A stretch of 64,000 nucleotides of DNA from Patescibacteria group bacterium (GTDB lineage Bacteria; Patescibacteriota; Minisyncoccia; UBA6257; UBA9933), in assembly GCA_038065955.1 (NCBI GenBank), contig JBBTPY010000006.1, forward strand, positions 7,626 through 71,625, written 5' to 3'. The stretch's first letter is position 1, and the number at the start of each line of letters is the position of its first letter. Both the position numbers and the translations under genes were made by a program. The notes beneath the pieces were generated by a model. The model did not search any database and was not told the DNA's origin. It worked only from the letters and a program-made list of their open reading frames with translations. Below, in pieces: positions 47,246 through 56,055 of this stretch.

Positions 47246-50200
47246 ATGGACTTCAACGCTATAAAAATTCAAATCGCCTCGCCGGAAAAAATTCTTTCTT
47301 GGTCGCGCGGCGAAGTTTTAAAACCGGAAACGATTAATTATCGGACGCAAAGGCCGGAAAAGGACGGTCTTTTTTCCGAGCGGATTTTCGGGCCGACCAA
47401 GGATTTTGAATGCTACTGCGGAAAATATAAAAAAATCCGTTATAAGGGCGTTGTTTGCGACCGTTGCGGTGTGGAAGTGACTCGTTCTTCGGTTCGCCGC
47501 GAGCGAATGGGGCATATTAAATTGGCTTCGCCGGTAACTCATATTTGGTTTTTAAGAAGCGTTCCTTCAAGAATCGGCGTTTTTATTGACGCGCCAATTC
47601 AAAAATTAACAAGAGTCGTTTATTATGCCGCTTACATCATTACCGCGGTCAACGAAGAAAATAGAAATAAATATCTTCAAGAAATTAAAAAGGAATTAAA
47701 ATCAAAAAAACAATCAATAGAAAAAGAGCGGTTAAAAGAACTTGACGAAGCCGCAAGCGCGGCCGAAAGCGCTCTTGAATCTTTGGCCGTCGGTCGCGTA
47801 ATCAATGAAACGGAATATCATAATTTAACTAAGCGTTTTAGCGGAGCTTTTGAGGCTCAAAACGGCGCCGAGGCGATTTATAATATTTTAAAGAGCGTTG
47901 ATTTGAAAAAAGAAACGGCAAAAATAGAAAAAGAACTGGAAGGCGTTAAAGATGCCGGCCGGCATAAAAAATTGCTTTTTAAGCTGAAAATTTGCCGTTC
48001 TTTTATTAAAAATGATTTAAGGCCAGAATGGATGGTTTTGGCGGTTTTGCCGATTTTGCCGCCGGAACTCCGGCCGATGGTAGCCTTAGAGGGCGGCCGT
48101 TACGCCACTTCCGACCTTAACGATTTATACCGGCGCGTAATCAACCGCAATAATAGGCTGAAAAAATTGATGGAAATCAAAGCTCCTGAAGTAATAATTA
48201 TTAATGAAAAAAGAATGTTGCAGGAGGCGGTGGACGCTTTAATTGATAATTCCGCCCGTTTAGGTTCTCAACAACAGCTTTCAAGCCGCCGCCGACCGTT
48301 GAAATCACTGGCAGATATTTTAAAAGGAAAACAAGGAAGATTCCGCCAAAATTTACTCGGCAAGCGGGTTGATTATTCCGGCCGTTCGGTGATTGTGGTC
48401 GGGCCTGAATTAAATCTCGACGAATGCGGTTTGCCGAAAAAGATGGCTCTGGAACTTTTTAAGCCGTTTATTATTTCAAAAATTATTGAAAGAAACATGG
48501 CTTACAATATCAGAAACGCTAATCGGCTGATTGAGGCGGCCGGAAGCGAGATTTGGGCGATTTTAGAAGAAGTCATTAAAGATAAGAAAGTTTTGCTTAA
48601 CCGCGCGCCGACGCTTCATCGCTTAGGCATTCAGGCTTTTAAACCGGTGTTGGTTGAAGGTTTGGCAATCAGAATCCCGCCAATGGTTTGTTCGGCTTTT
48701 AATGCCGATTTTGACGGCGACCAGATGGCGGTTTATTTGCCGCTTTCTTCCGAAGCTCAAAAAGAAGCGGAGGAATTAATGTTGGCTTCAAATAATATCG
48801 TAAAACCGGCGACCGGCGATCCTATCGCCCAGCCGACCCAAGACATTATTTTAGGATGTTATTCTCTTACGCGGTTGATTCGCGAAGACGATCAGGAAAA
48901 AGTTAAAGCGTTTTCAACCTATGAAGAGGCGATTATGGCCAACAACTTAGGTTATTTGAAATTTAATGAACCGATTAAAATGTTTTTAGACAAAGCATCG
49001 ATTGAAACAAGCGTTGGCCGATTGATTTTTAACAAGGTTTTCCCTGCGGATTTCGGTTTTGTCAATAAAACTATGAATAAAAAAGAATTAGGCAAATTGC
49101 TTTCCGAAATGATAGACAAATACGGTATCAAGAATATTTCTAAGACATTGGATAAAATAAAATCTCTCGGGTTTAAATATTCAACTATTTCCGGCGTAAG
49201 CTGGGGGATGGATGATTTGACGATACCCAAAGATAAAAAGAAAATTATCGCCGCGGCCGAACAGGAAGAAAATCTGATAAAACAGCAATATGAAGAAGGC
49301 CTTTTAACCGATTTTGAACGCCATGCCAGGGTGATCGGCATTTGGGATAAAACGAAAGAAGCCATTGCTAAATTAGTGCCTCAAGCCATTAACCCCATCG
49401 GCTCGGTTTATTCAATAATTGATTCCGGAAGCAGGGGTTCATGGAAACAGCCGGTGCAGATGATGGGGATGAAAGGTTTGGTCGCCAATCCTCAAGGCGA
49501 AACAATTGAATTGCCGATTAAATCGTCTTATAAAGAGGGATTAAGCGTTTTGGAATTTTTCATTAACACTCATGGCGCCAGAAAAGGATTGACGGACACC
49601 GCTTTGAAAACCGCTCAAGCCGGATATTTAACCCGCCGTTTAGTTGACGTCGCTCAAGATTTGATTATCAGAGAAGAAGATTGCGGCGCGACAGAGGGAA
49701 TTGAAATTAATCGTTTGGAAGGAGAGGAATACGGTTATTCTTTCGCTCAGCGGATATTTTCAAAAACGGCTCTTGATGACATTAAAGACGGTAATAAAAT
49801 TTTGGTTTCCGCCGGAAAAATTATCGATCGCAAGGCGGTTGAAGCGATTGAACGAGCGAAAATTGAAAAAATTTCAGCGCGTTCGCCTTTAACTTGTAAG
49901 ACTCTTTACGGTATTTGTTCAAAATGTTACGGCCTTGATTTAGGGAGATTGGAGCCGGTTAAATTGGGCGAGGCGGTCGGTGTTATCGCCGCTCAATCAA
50001 TCGGCGAGCCGGGAACGCAATTGACGCTAAGAACTTTTCATACCGGCGGCGTGGCGGGTCTTGATATCACTCACGGCCTTCAAAGGGTGCAGGAATTGCT
50101 CGAAGTCCGCATTCCTAAAGGTAAAGCTTTTATGGCGGAAGCCGACGGCGTTATTGAAGACATTGAAGAACGAAAAGGAATGAAAATCATTAAATTAAAA

Positions 50201-50794
50201 ATTGCCAAAACGGCTAAAAGCGGCAAGGGTGAAAAGTTAAAAATCGTTGAGTATGCTATTCCCCGAACCGCCGCGATTTTCGTCAAACTAAAAGACCGCG
50301 TTTCAAAAGGCGACCAGCTCTGCGAAGGCAGTCTCGACCTTCACGAACTTTTTGAATTCAAAAACAAAGAAGCGGTTGAGCATTATGTTATTAATGAAAT
50401 TCAGAAAATTTATATTTCAGAGGGCAGCGGAATAAGCGATAAGCATTTGGAAATTATTTTAAGGCAGATGTTTTCCCGGGTGATGATTAAGGATTCGGGC
50501 GATACGCATTTTGTCGCCGGCGAAACGATTGAAAAATCTAAATTTTTGGAAACTAATCGGCAGATGAAGGCGAAGAAAAAAAATCCGGCCAAAGCAAAAC
50601 AATTGTTAATGGGTATTACTAAGGCGTCTCTTTCCACGGAAAGCTTCCTTTCTTCGGCCAGTTTTCAGGAAACGGCCAGAGTTTTAGTGATGGCTGCCAG
50701 CGAAAGTAAAGTGGATAAACTTCGCGGTTTGAAAGAAAATGTGATTATTGGCCGATTAATTCCGGCCGGCACCGGATATAAAAAAGTTGACTAA
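47246..50794 (+). CDS. rpoC: DNA-directed RNA polymerase beta' subunit
   Basis: N-terminal zinc-binding Cys cluster; 'NADFDGDQMAV' catalytic Asp triad; trigger loop and bridge helix regions. Confidence 0.95.
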   Translation: MDFNAIKIQIASPEKILSWSRGEVLKPETINYRTQRPEKDGLFSERIFGPTKDFECYCGKYKKIRYKGVVCDRCGVEVTRSSVRRERMGHIKLASPVTHIWFLRSVPSRIGVFIDAPIQKLTRVVYYAAYIITAVNEENRNKYLQEIKKELKSKKQSIEKERLKELDEAASAAESALESLAVGRVINETEYHNLTKRFSGAFEAQNGAEAIYNILKSVDLKKETAKIEKELEGVKDAGRHKKLLFKLKICRSFIKNDLRPEWMVLAVLPILPPELRPMVALEGGRYATSDLNDLYRRVINRNNRLKKLMEIKAPEVIIINEKRMLQEAVDALIDNSARLGSQQQLSSRRRPLKSLADILKGKQGRFRQNLLGKRVDYSGRSVIVVGPELNLDECGLPKKMALELFKPFIISKIIERNMAYNIRNANRLIEAAGSEIWAILEEVIKDKKVLLNRAPTLHRLGIQAFKPVLVEGLAIRIPPMVCSAFNADFDGDQMAVYLPLSSEAQKEAEELMLASNNIVKPATGDPIAQPTQDIILGCYSLTRLIREDDQEKVKAFSTYEEAIMANNLGYLKFNEPIKMFLDKASIETSVGRLIFNKVFPADFGFVNKTMNKKELGKLLSEMIDKYGIKNISKTLDKIKSLGFKYSTISGVSWGMDDLTIPKDKKKIIAAAEQEENLIKQQYEEGLLTDFERHARVIGIWDKTKEAIAKLVPQAINPIGSVYSIIDSGSRGSWKQPVQMMGMKGLVANPQGETIELPIKSSYKEGLSVLEFFINTHGARKGLTDTALKTAQAGYLTRRLVDVAQDLIIREEDCGATEGIEINRLEGEEYGYSFAQRIFSKTALDDIKDGNKILVSAGKIIDRKAVEAIERAKIEKISARSPLTCKTLYGICSKCYGLDLGRLEPVKLGEAVGVIAAQSIGEPGTQLTLRTFHTGGVAGLDITHGLQRVQELLEVRIPKGKAFMAEADGVIEDIEERKGMKIIKLKIAKTAKSGKGEKLKIVEYAIPRTAAIFVKLKDRVSKGDQLCEGSLDLHELFEFKNKEAVEHYVINEIQKIYISEGSGISDKHLEIILRQMFSRVMIKDSGDTHFVAGETIEKSKFLETNRQMKAKKKNPAKAKQLLMGITKASLSTESFLSSASFQETARVLVMAASESKVDKLRGLKENVIIGRLIPAGTGYKKVD

Positions 50795-50826
50795 ATTTTA
50801 TAAAAACACTAAACTCTAAAATACTA

Positions 50827-51252
50827 ATGGATAAAGAACAAAAAAATTACGAAATCAGTTTTTTAGCGAAAGGGGATAAGGATAATGGAGAGATAATTGA
50901 AGCGTTAAAAAAACATCAAGCTTTAATTACCGGCGAAGACAATGTTTTAAGGGTTAAACTGGCTTATCCGATTAAGAAAGAAGAATCCGCTTTTTTCGGT
51001 TGTTTTCGTTTTTCCGCAGCGCCGAATATAATTAAAAAAGTCAGCGATGAATTGAATTTTAATCAAAAGATTTTAAGATTTTTAATTATTACTCCGCCGA
51101 TTGCCAAATTAGCGGCCGTTTCGGCGCCGAGAATGAGAAGACCGGCTTTATTTAAAGAAGCGGAGAAAAAAATCGAAATTAAAAAGGCGGAACCTCAGCA
51201 GATTTTAACAAATGAAGAATTGGAGAAAAAATTGGAGGAAATATTGAAATAA
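50827..51252 (+). CDS. rpsF: Ribosomal protein S6 with extended C-terminal tail
   Basis: 'YEISFL' start of the S6 fold, ~95-aa core; position at the head of the rpsF-ssb-rpsR operon. Confidence 0.65.
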   Translation: MDKEQKNYEISFLAKGDKDNGEIIEALKKHQALITGEDNVLRVKLAYPIKKEESAFFGCFRFSAAPNIIKKVSDELNFNQKILRFLIITPPIAKLAAVSAPRMRRPALFKEAEKKIEIKKAEPQQILTNEELEKKLEEILK

Positions 51253-51253
51253 T

Positions 51254-51697
51254 ATGAATTTAAATAAAGTTTTTATAATCGGTAATTTAACGAGAGATCC
51301 GGAATTGCGGATGTTGCCTTCCGGGGCGCCGGTTGTTTCTTTTGGAGTGGCGACTAATCGGATTTGGAAAAATCAGCAAGGTCAGAAACAAGAAGAGGTT
51401 CAATTTCATAATGTGGTGGTGTTTGGCAGGCAGGCGGAAATTGCCAATCAATATCTTTCCAAGGGCAGAATGGTTTTTATTGAGGGCCGGATTCAGACAA
51501 GAGATTGGGAAGGAAAAGACGGCGTAAAAAGGAGTCGGACGGAAATAATCGCCGAAAGAGTCCAATTTGGTCCGCGTCCCGGAGGTTTTAACCAAAAAGA
51601 GGAAGGGGCGCCGAAAGAACAGCCGTCTTTTAAAAATGAACTTCCGGAAATCAATATTGAAGAAGAAGAAATAAAAACGGAAGATTTACCGTTCTAA
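51254..51697 (+). CDS. ssb: Single-stranded DNA-binding protein
   Basis: OB-fold 'VFIIGNLTRDPELR'; acidic tail ending 'EDLPF'. Confidence 0.85.
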   Translation: MNLNKVFIIGNLTRDPELRMLPSGAPVVSFGVATNRIWKNQQGQKQEEVQFHNVVVFGRQAEIANQYLSKGRMVFIEGRIQTRDWEGKDGVKRSRTEIIAERVQFGPRPGGFNQKEEGAPKEQPSFKNELPEINIEEEEIKTEDLPF

Positions 51698-51703
51698 AAA
51701 ATT

Positions 51704-51901
51704 ATGCAGTGTTTCTTTTGCTCGCAAAATTTAAAAATGATTGATTATAAAGAGCCGATTTTTTTAAAGCGGTTTATTTCAGCGCAGGCAAAAATTATTG
51801 ACCCGAAACACACGGGAGTCTGCGCCAAGCATCAACGAATGCTGGCTCAGGCCGTTAAAAGAGCGAGATTTATTGGACTTTTGCCATTCGTCGGTAAATA
51901 A
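51704..51901 (+). CDS. rpsR: Ribosomal protein S18
   Basis: 'IDYKEPIFLKRFISAQAKIIDPKHTGVCAKHQRMLAQAVKRARFIGLLPF' matches the S18 core. Confidence 0.8.
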   Translation: MQCFFCSQNLKMIDYKEPIFLKRFISAQAKIIDPKHTGVCAKHQRMLAQAVKRARFIGLLPFVGK

Positions 51902-52431
51902 TGGACCTTTATTTTTTTAAACTTATTAATAGTTTAGCCGGCCGCTTATGGCCGATTGATTGGTTCGCGGTTTTTTTTGCCGATTATTTCGGATACTTTT
52001 TGATTTTAATCGTTTTAATTTTATTTTTAAGGGAAAAAAATTGGAGAAAACGGATTTATTTTTTTTCTTTAGCCTTTATTTCATTGATTTTATCGCGGGG
52101 GATTATTACGGAAATAATCAGATTTTTTTATGAACGGCAGAGACCGTTTTTGTTTTTAGGATTTCAACCGCTATTAGACTATGTTCAAAACGGCTCTTTC
52201 CCTTCGGGACACGCGGCGTTTTTTTTCGCTTTGGCTTTAACGGTTTTTTATTTTAATAAATTATGGGGATGGCGTTTTTTGGCGATGGCAACAGTTATTT
52301 CTCTGGCTAGGATTTTTGTCGGCGTTCACTGGCCGTCCGATGTTTTAGCCGGCGCTTTCATCGGATTGGGGAGCGTTTTTCTGATAAGGCAAATTTTGCC
52401 GGCGTTGGAAAAATTGCCGTCGGAAAAATAA
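51901..52431 (+). CDS. PAP2-family membrane phosphatase (undecaprenyl-diphosphatase-like)
   Basis: 'SFPSGHAAFFFALA' (PSGH) and 'GVHWPSDVLAGAFIG' (SRxxxxxHxxxD-type) motifs. Confidence 0.7.
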   Translation: MDLYFFKLINSLAGRLWPIDWFAVFFADYFGYFLILIVLILFLREKNWRKRIYFFSLAFISLILSRGIITEIIRFFYERQRPFLFLGFQPLLDYVQNGSFPSGHAAFFFALALTVFYFNKLWGWRFLAMATVISLARIFVGVHWPSDVLAGAFIGLGSVFLIRQILPALEKLPSEK

Positions 52432-52461
52432 TAGCCCCAACAACTTGGTTGGGGCATGAGT

Positions 52462-52809
52462 TTAAGAGGCATGGGCAAGTTCTTTTAATTTGTGTTTTTC
52501 AAGGTGGTCGCAAAATGTTTGGATATCATTTTCCGTTTCAGTGGCGCTGATATTGTGCGTTTTTAATTCGTTCAACAAGTTGTGTAGTCTGGATTTATAT
52601 ATTTTACATAAATCGCAATTGCTGTAAAAATCTCCACAATTTGATATTATTCGATAGAGAAGGAATGCGCAAGCTTGTTTTGGGGTCAGATTTTTTTGCT
52701 GCACCTTTACTAAAATACTTCCGATACTTAAGGAAATTTTCATATTACACCTCCTTTGTGAATATTCTATTTGAATTATAGAGTATGCGAATAAATTTGT
52801 AAAATTCAA
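52462..52809 (-). CDS. Cys-containing hypothetical protein (possible small regulator)
   Basis: Probable true start at the internal Met ('MKISLSIGSIL...', ~52743). 'CGDFYSNCDLC' cluster; no recognised family. Confidence 0.25.
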   Translation of the reverse strand: MNFTNLFAYSIIQIEYSQRRCNMKISLSIGSILVKVQQKNLTPKQACAFLLYRIISNCGDFYSNCDLCKIYKSRLHNLLNELKTHNISATETENDIQTFCDHLEKHKLKELAHAS

Positions 52810-52865
52810 TTTATTATATTATATTTAATTTAAAGGTCGGAATATTTTTAGAAGCAATATATAAG

Positions 52866-53051
52866 ATGAGTTTTAATCAAAGTCAAGGTCCTCGCCAAAT
52901 GTTTGAAGGCGATTGGAAATGCTCTAAATGCGGAGCTCAAATTAAACAGCTTCCTTTTGAGCCGGATCCGGCCCGTATCGATAAGATTTTATGCCGAGAT
53001 TGCCATAGAGAACGAGCCCAGTCTTTCCGTCGCTCTTCGTTTGACAGATAA
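52866..53051 (+). CDS. Small zinc-ribbon protein
   Basis: 'CSKCG...(17)...CRDCH'; 61 aa; basic C-terminus. Confidence 0.3.
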   Translation: MSFNQSQGPRQMFEGDWKCSKCGAQIKQLPFEPDPARIDKILCRDCHRERAQSFRRSSFDR

Positions 53052-53104
53052 GAAAAGACAAACAAAAACAACCCCTCAATATTGAGGGGTTGTTTTTGTT
53101 TGTG

Positions 53105-53185
53105 TGCCCGGGGTGGGAGTCGAACCCACATGCCTTGCGGCACACGATTTTAAGTCGTGCGTGTAAACCATTCCACCACCCGGGC
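53105..53185 (-). tRNA. tRNA-Leu (anticodon TAA), long variable arm
   Basis: Reverse complement GCCCGGG...CCCGGGCA; anticodon stem CACGA/TCGTG with loop CUUAAAA; variable arm TGCCGCAAGGCATGT; T-arm GGGTTCGACTCCC. Confidence 0.8.
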
Positions 53186-53216
53186 ATATTTATAACTAAT
53201 AATTAACTACTAACAG

Positions 53217-53288
53217 AGGCCTGGGGGAGAATTGAACTCCCGTATAAGAGTTTTGCAGACTCTTGCCTTACCACTTGGCTACCAGGCC
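53217..53288 (-). tRNA. tRNA-Cys (anticodon GCA), U73 discriminator
   Basis: Reverse complement GGCCTGG...CCAGGCCT; anticodon stem AGAGT/ACTCT with loop CUGCAAA; T-arm GGGAGTTCAATTCTCCC. Confidence 0.75.
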
Positions 53289-53333
53289 CGTTCCCGTATT
53301 ATATTTCGTGAATAGTTAAAAATCAAACAAGTA

Positions 53334-54872
53334 TTATTTCCAAATCAAGCGGTCTCCTTCGGAGATAATCGTATCGGATTCAATAAAAAGGCCACATTCT
53401 TCATTTGCCGAAATCTGGCTGATTTCGCGCTTATGCTGTCTTAAACTGACGACTTTTCCAAATCCCGCTTTTTCATTATTTTTTATAATTTCAAATCGGG
53501 AATTATTTTTGATGACGCCGGAGAGCGCGCGGCCGCCGACAAGCTGTTCTTTATTTTTCCGGCTGAAAATTTTTAAGACTTCAAATTCGCCAAGCGGCTT
53601 CGGTTTTTCCAATAACTTAACTTCATTTTCCACGGCTTCTATCAATTCGTATATGATATTTGAGATAATGATTTTAATTTCCTGAATTTTAGCCAAATTT
53701 TCGGCGATTTTATTGACTTTAGTTCCAAATCCGATAATGAGCGCTTTGCCGGCAATAGCCGTTTTAATGTCACCGTCGGTTATTTCTCCGATTGATTCGT
53801 TTAAGATGTTTATTTTTACGCCTTCATGTTTAATGTTTTTAATAATTTCCGATAAAGTTTCAAGCGAGCCGGAAGTATCGGCTTTGATAACGAGATTTAA
53901 TATTATTTTCGAATTTTCACGAACTAGTTTAACGGCAGAATTGGAAATTTGCGTGATTGGCGACAGATTCGCGTCAATTTGCGAACCAGTGAAAAATTCT
54001 TCTCCGATTTGAGGTAAAGTTTCAAATCCTAAAATTATTGCCGGGCTTGATGGCGAAAGTTCATCAATAGTTTTGCCTAAAAAATTCGTTAAATTTTTAA
54101 TTTTTCCGACGGCGCTTGCCGTGAAGATTTTTTCGCCGGTTTTCAAAATGCCGTTTTCAATAATAACGCTGGCGACAATTCCGCGATTAGGGTTGATTTT
54201 GGTTTCAATAATAATGCCGCTGGCCGGGACATTGGAATCGTAAGTTAAATTTTCTAATTCCGCGGCAAGCAAAATTAAGTCCAAAAGTTCGTTAATGCCT
54301 TGGCCGGTTTTAGCGGAAATCGCCTGCCAGGAAATATTGCCGCCAAATCCTTCAAGTAAGATGCCGTTTGCCGTTAAATCCTGTTTTGTTTTTTCAATAT
54401 CGGCGCTCGGTTTGTCTATTTTATTAATGGCGACAATAAACGGCGTTTTGGCCGCATTGAGAATTTCAATTGATTCTTTAGTTTGCGGTTTGACGCCATC
54501 GTCAGCCGCTACGACTAAAATTGCCAAATCGGACACTTTGGCGCCTCGGGCGCGCATTTTTGAAAAGGCCTCGTGGCCGGGCGTGTCTATGAAAGTGATT
54601 TTCCTGCCTCCGGCAGGCGCGGAACTACGCGGACTTAACGCAGACCCACGCGGAAATTCTGCGTTGTTCTGCGTCTGTTCTGCGTCTATCCGCGATTCAT
54701 GCGAAGCATGAATAATCTCGTAGGCGCCAATGGATTGGGTAATGCCGCCGGCTTCTTTGGCCACAACGCCGGTTTTGCGGATATAATCCAAAAGACTGGT
54801 TTTTCCGTGGTCAACATGTCCCATTATAACAACAATCGGAGGGCGCGGTAATAAAGTTTGAGTTTTTTTCAT
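53334..54872 (-). CDS. infB: Translation initiation factor IF-2 (short form) with a repeat-derived in-frame insertion in the G domain
   Basis: 'GHVDHGKTSLLDYIRKT' (G1), 'DTPGHEAF' (G3), 'NKIDK' (G4). ~30 extra residues lie between 'GAYEI' and 'KITFIDTPGH'. Confidence 0.9.
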   Translation of the reverse strand: MKKTQTLLPRPPIVVIMGHVDHGKTSLLDYIRKTGVVAKEAGGITQSIGAYEIIHASHESRIDAEQTQNNAEFPRGSALSPRSSAPAGGRKITFIDTPGHEAFSKMRARGAKVSDLAILVVAADDGVKPQTKESIEILNAAKTPFIVAINKIDKPSADIEKTKQDLTANGILLEGFGGNISWQAISAKTGQGINELLDLILLAAELENLTYDSNVPASGIIIETKINPNRGIVASVIIENGILKTGEKIFTASAVGKIKNLTNFLGKTIDELSPSSPAIILGFETLPQIGEEFFTGSQIDANLSPITQISNSAVKLVRENSKIILNLVIKADTSGSLETLSEIIKNIKHEGVKINILNESIGEITDGDIKTAIAGKALIIGFGTKVNKIAENLAKIQEIKIIISNIIYELIEAVENEVKLLEKPKPLGEFEVLKIFSRKNKEQLVGGRALSGVIKNNSRFEIIKNNEKAGFGKVVSLRQHKREISQISANEECGLFIESDTIISEGDRLIWK

Positions 54873-54958
54873 AGCCTTGTAAAATTAACATAGAAAATCA
54901 GGTAAAACAAGATTTTATCTTGATTATTAATTCATAATTCATTATTCTTATATTTTAT

Positions 54959-55048
54959 GGAGGCGTGGCTGAGCGGTTTAAAGCAGCATCCTGCTAAGAT
55001 GTTGAGGGAGCAATCCTTCCGAAGGTTCGAATCCTTCCGCCTCCGCCA
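54959..55048 (+). tRNA. tRNA-Ser (anticodon GCT), long variable arm; CCA encoded
   Basis: Acceptor GGAGGCG/CGCCTCC plus G-CCA; anticodon stem GCATC/GATGT with loop CUGCUAA; variable arm TGAGGGAGCAATCCTTCCG; T-arm AAGGTTCGAATCCTT. Confidence 0.8.
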
Positions 55049-55050
55049 AA

Positions 55051-56055
55051 TTGGAAATGTACGAACTTTATTTTAATATTCTTTTAATTGCAGTCGGGAT
55101 TTTTGCGCTTATTAAATCCGGCGCTTATGTCGTTAAGGCGTTAATTAATATCGCTCATTTTTTAAAAATATCCGAATTCACGCTTTCTTTTATTTTGATG
55201 GCGGCCGCCACTTCGCTCCCGGAATTAGGCATCGGATTGAACGCCGCTTTCAATAATACGCCACTTATTTCTTTGGGGAATATTTTAGGAGCCAACATTT
55301 TGGTTTTAAGTTTGATTTTAGGAGCGATGATTTTAATTGAAGGCAATTTGACGCTGAAAAAACATTCGCCGGCCCATTCCAGTTGGTTTAATTTTTTTCT
55401 GGCAATTTCGCCGGTTATATTATTGATTGACGGCGATCTTTCGCGGTTTGACGGCTTGATTTTAATCGCGCTTTTTGTTTTAAATTTAGGCAGACTTTTG
55501 AAATTTCGGGAGATTTTTAATCATCATCGTGTCAAGCATTTCTTGAATGGAGATGAACATCGGCTGGCTGATTTAAATACAAGTTTTTTTTTAAAAAATT
55601 TATTTATTTTTATTCTGGCAATCGGCGTTTTGCTGTTATCGTCTTATTTAATAGTTAAAGGAGTGGAAATATTTTCTTTGAAATTGGGAATACCGGAAAT
55701 ACTGATAGGAATTTTTATTGTCGCTTTGAGCACGACTTTGCCGGAATTGTCGTTCGGTATCAAGGCGATTTTAAGCCGGCGCAATGAGATGTCTTTGGGC
55801 AATCTTTTAGGGACGGTCGTTTTTAATTCAACGCTGATTCTGGGAATTGTTTCCTTAATCAGTCCGATAAGAATAGAGAATGGCGTTTCTTTTTGGGTTA
55901 GCGCCGGAGTTATGATTTTGATAATTTTTTTGGCAAATTTATTTTTGAAAACTCGCGATTCGCTCAATCGTCTGGAAGGATTATTATTGATTTTGATTTA
56001 TTTTGTTTTCGCGATTATATCTTATGTTTTGGCGTTACCCAAAATCCCAGTCTGA
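55051..56055 (+). CDS. CaCA-family Na+/Ca2+ (cation/Ca2+) exchanger, YrbG-like
   Basis: Two alpha-repeat signatures: 'MAAATSLPELGIGLNAAF' and 'ALSTTLPELSFGIKAIL'. Confidence 0.75.
   Translation: MEMYELYFNILLIAVGIFALIKSGAYVVKALINIAHFLKISEFTLSFILMAAATSLPELGIGLNAAFNNTPLISLGNILGANILVLSLILGAMILIEGNLTLKKHSPAHSSWFNFFLAISPVILLIDGDLSRFDGLILIALFVLNLGRLLKFREIFNHHRVKHFLNGDEHRLADLNTSFFLKNLFIFILAIGVLLLSSYLIVKGVEIFSLKLGIPEILIGIFIVALSTTLPELSFGIKAILSRRNEMSLGNLLGTVVFNSTLILGIVSLISPIRIENGVSFWVSAGVMILIIFLANLFLKTRDSLNRLEGLLLILIYFVFAIISYVLALPKIPV

Noticed and set aside
53100-53300. Possibility that the tRNA-Leu/tRNA-Cys pair marks an integration site for a second island
   Set aside because: Genes on both sides (PAP2 phosphatase, small proteins, infB) are core-like with AT-rich composition similar to the flanks, and no recombinase or repeat family copy is adjacent.
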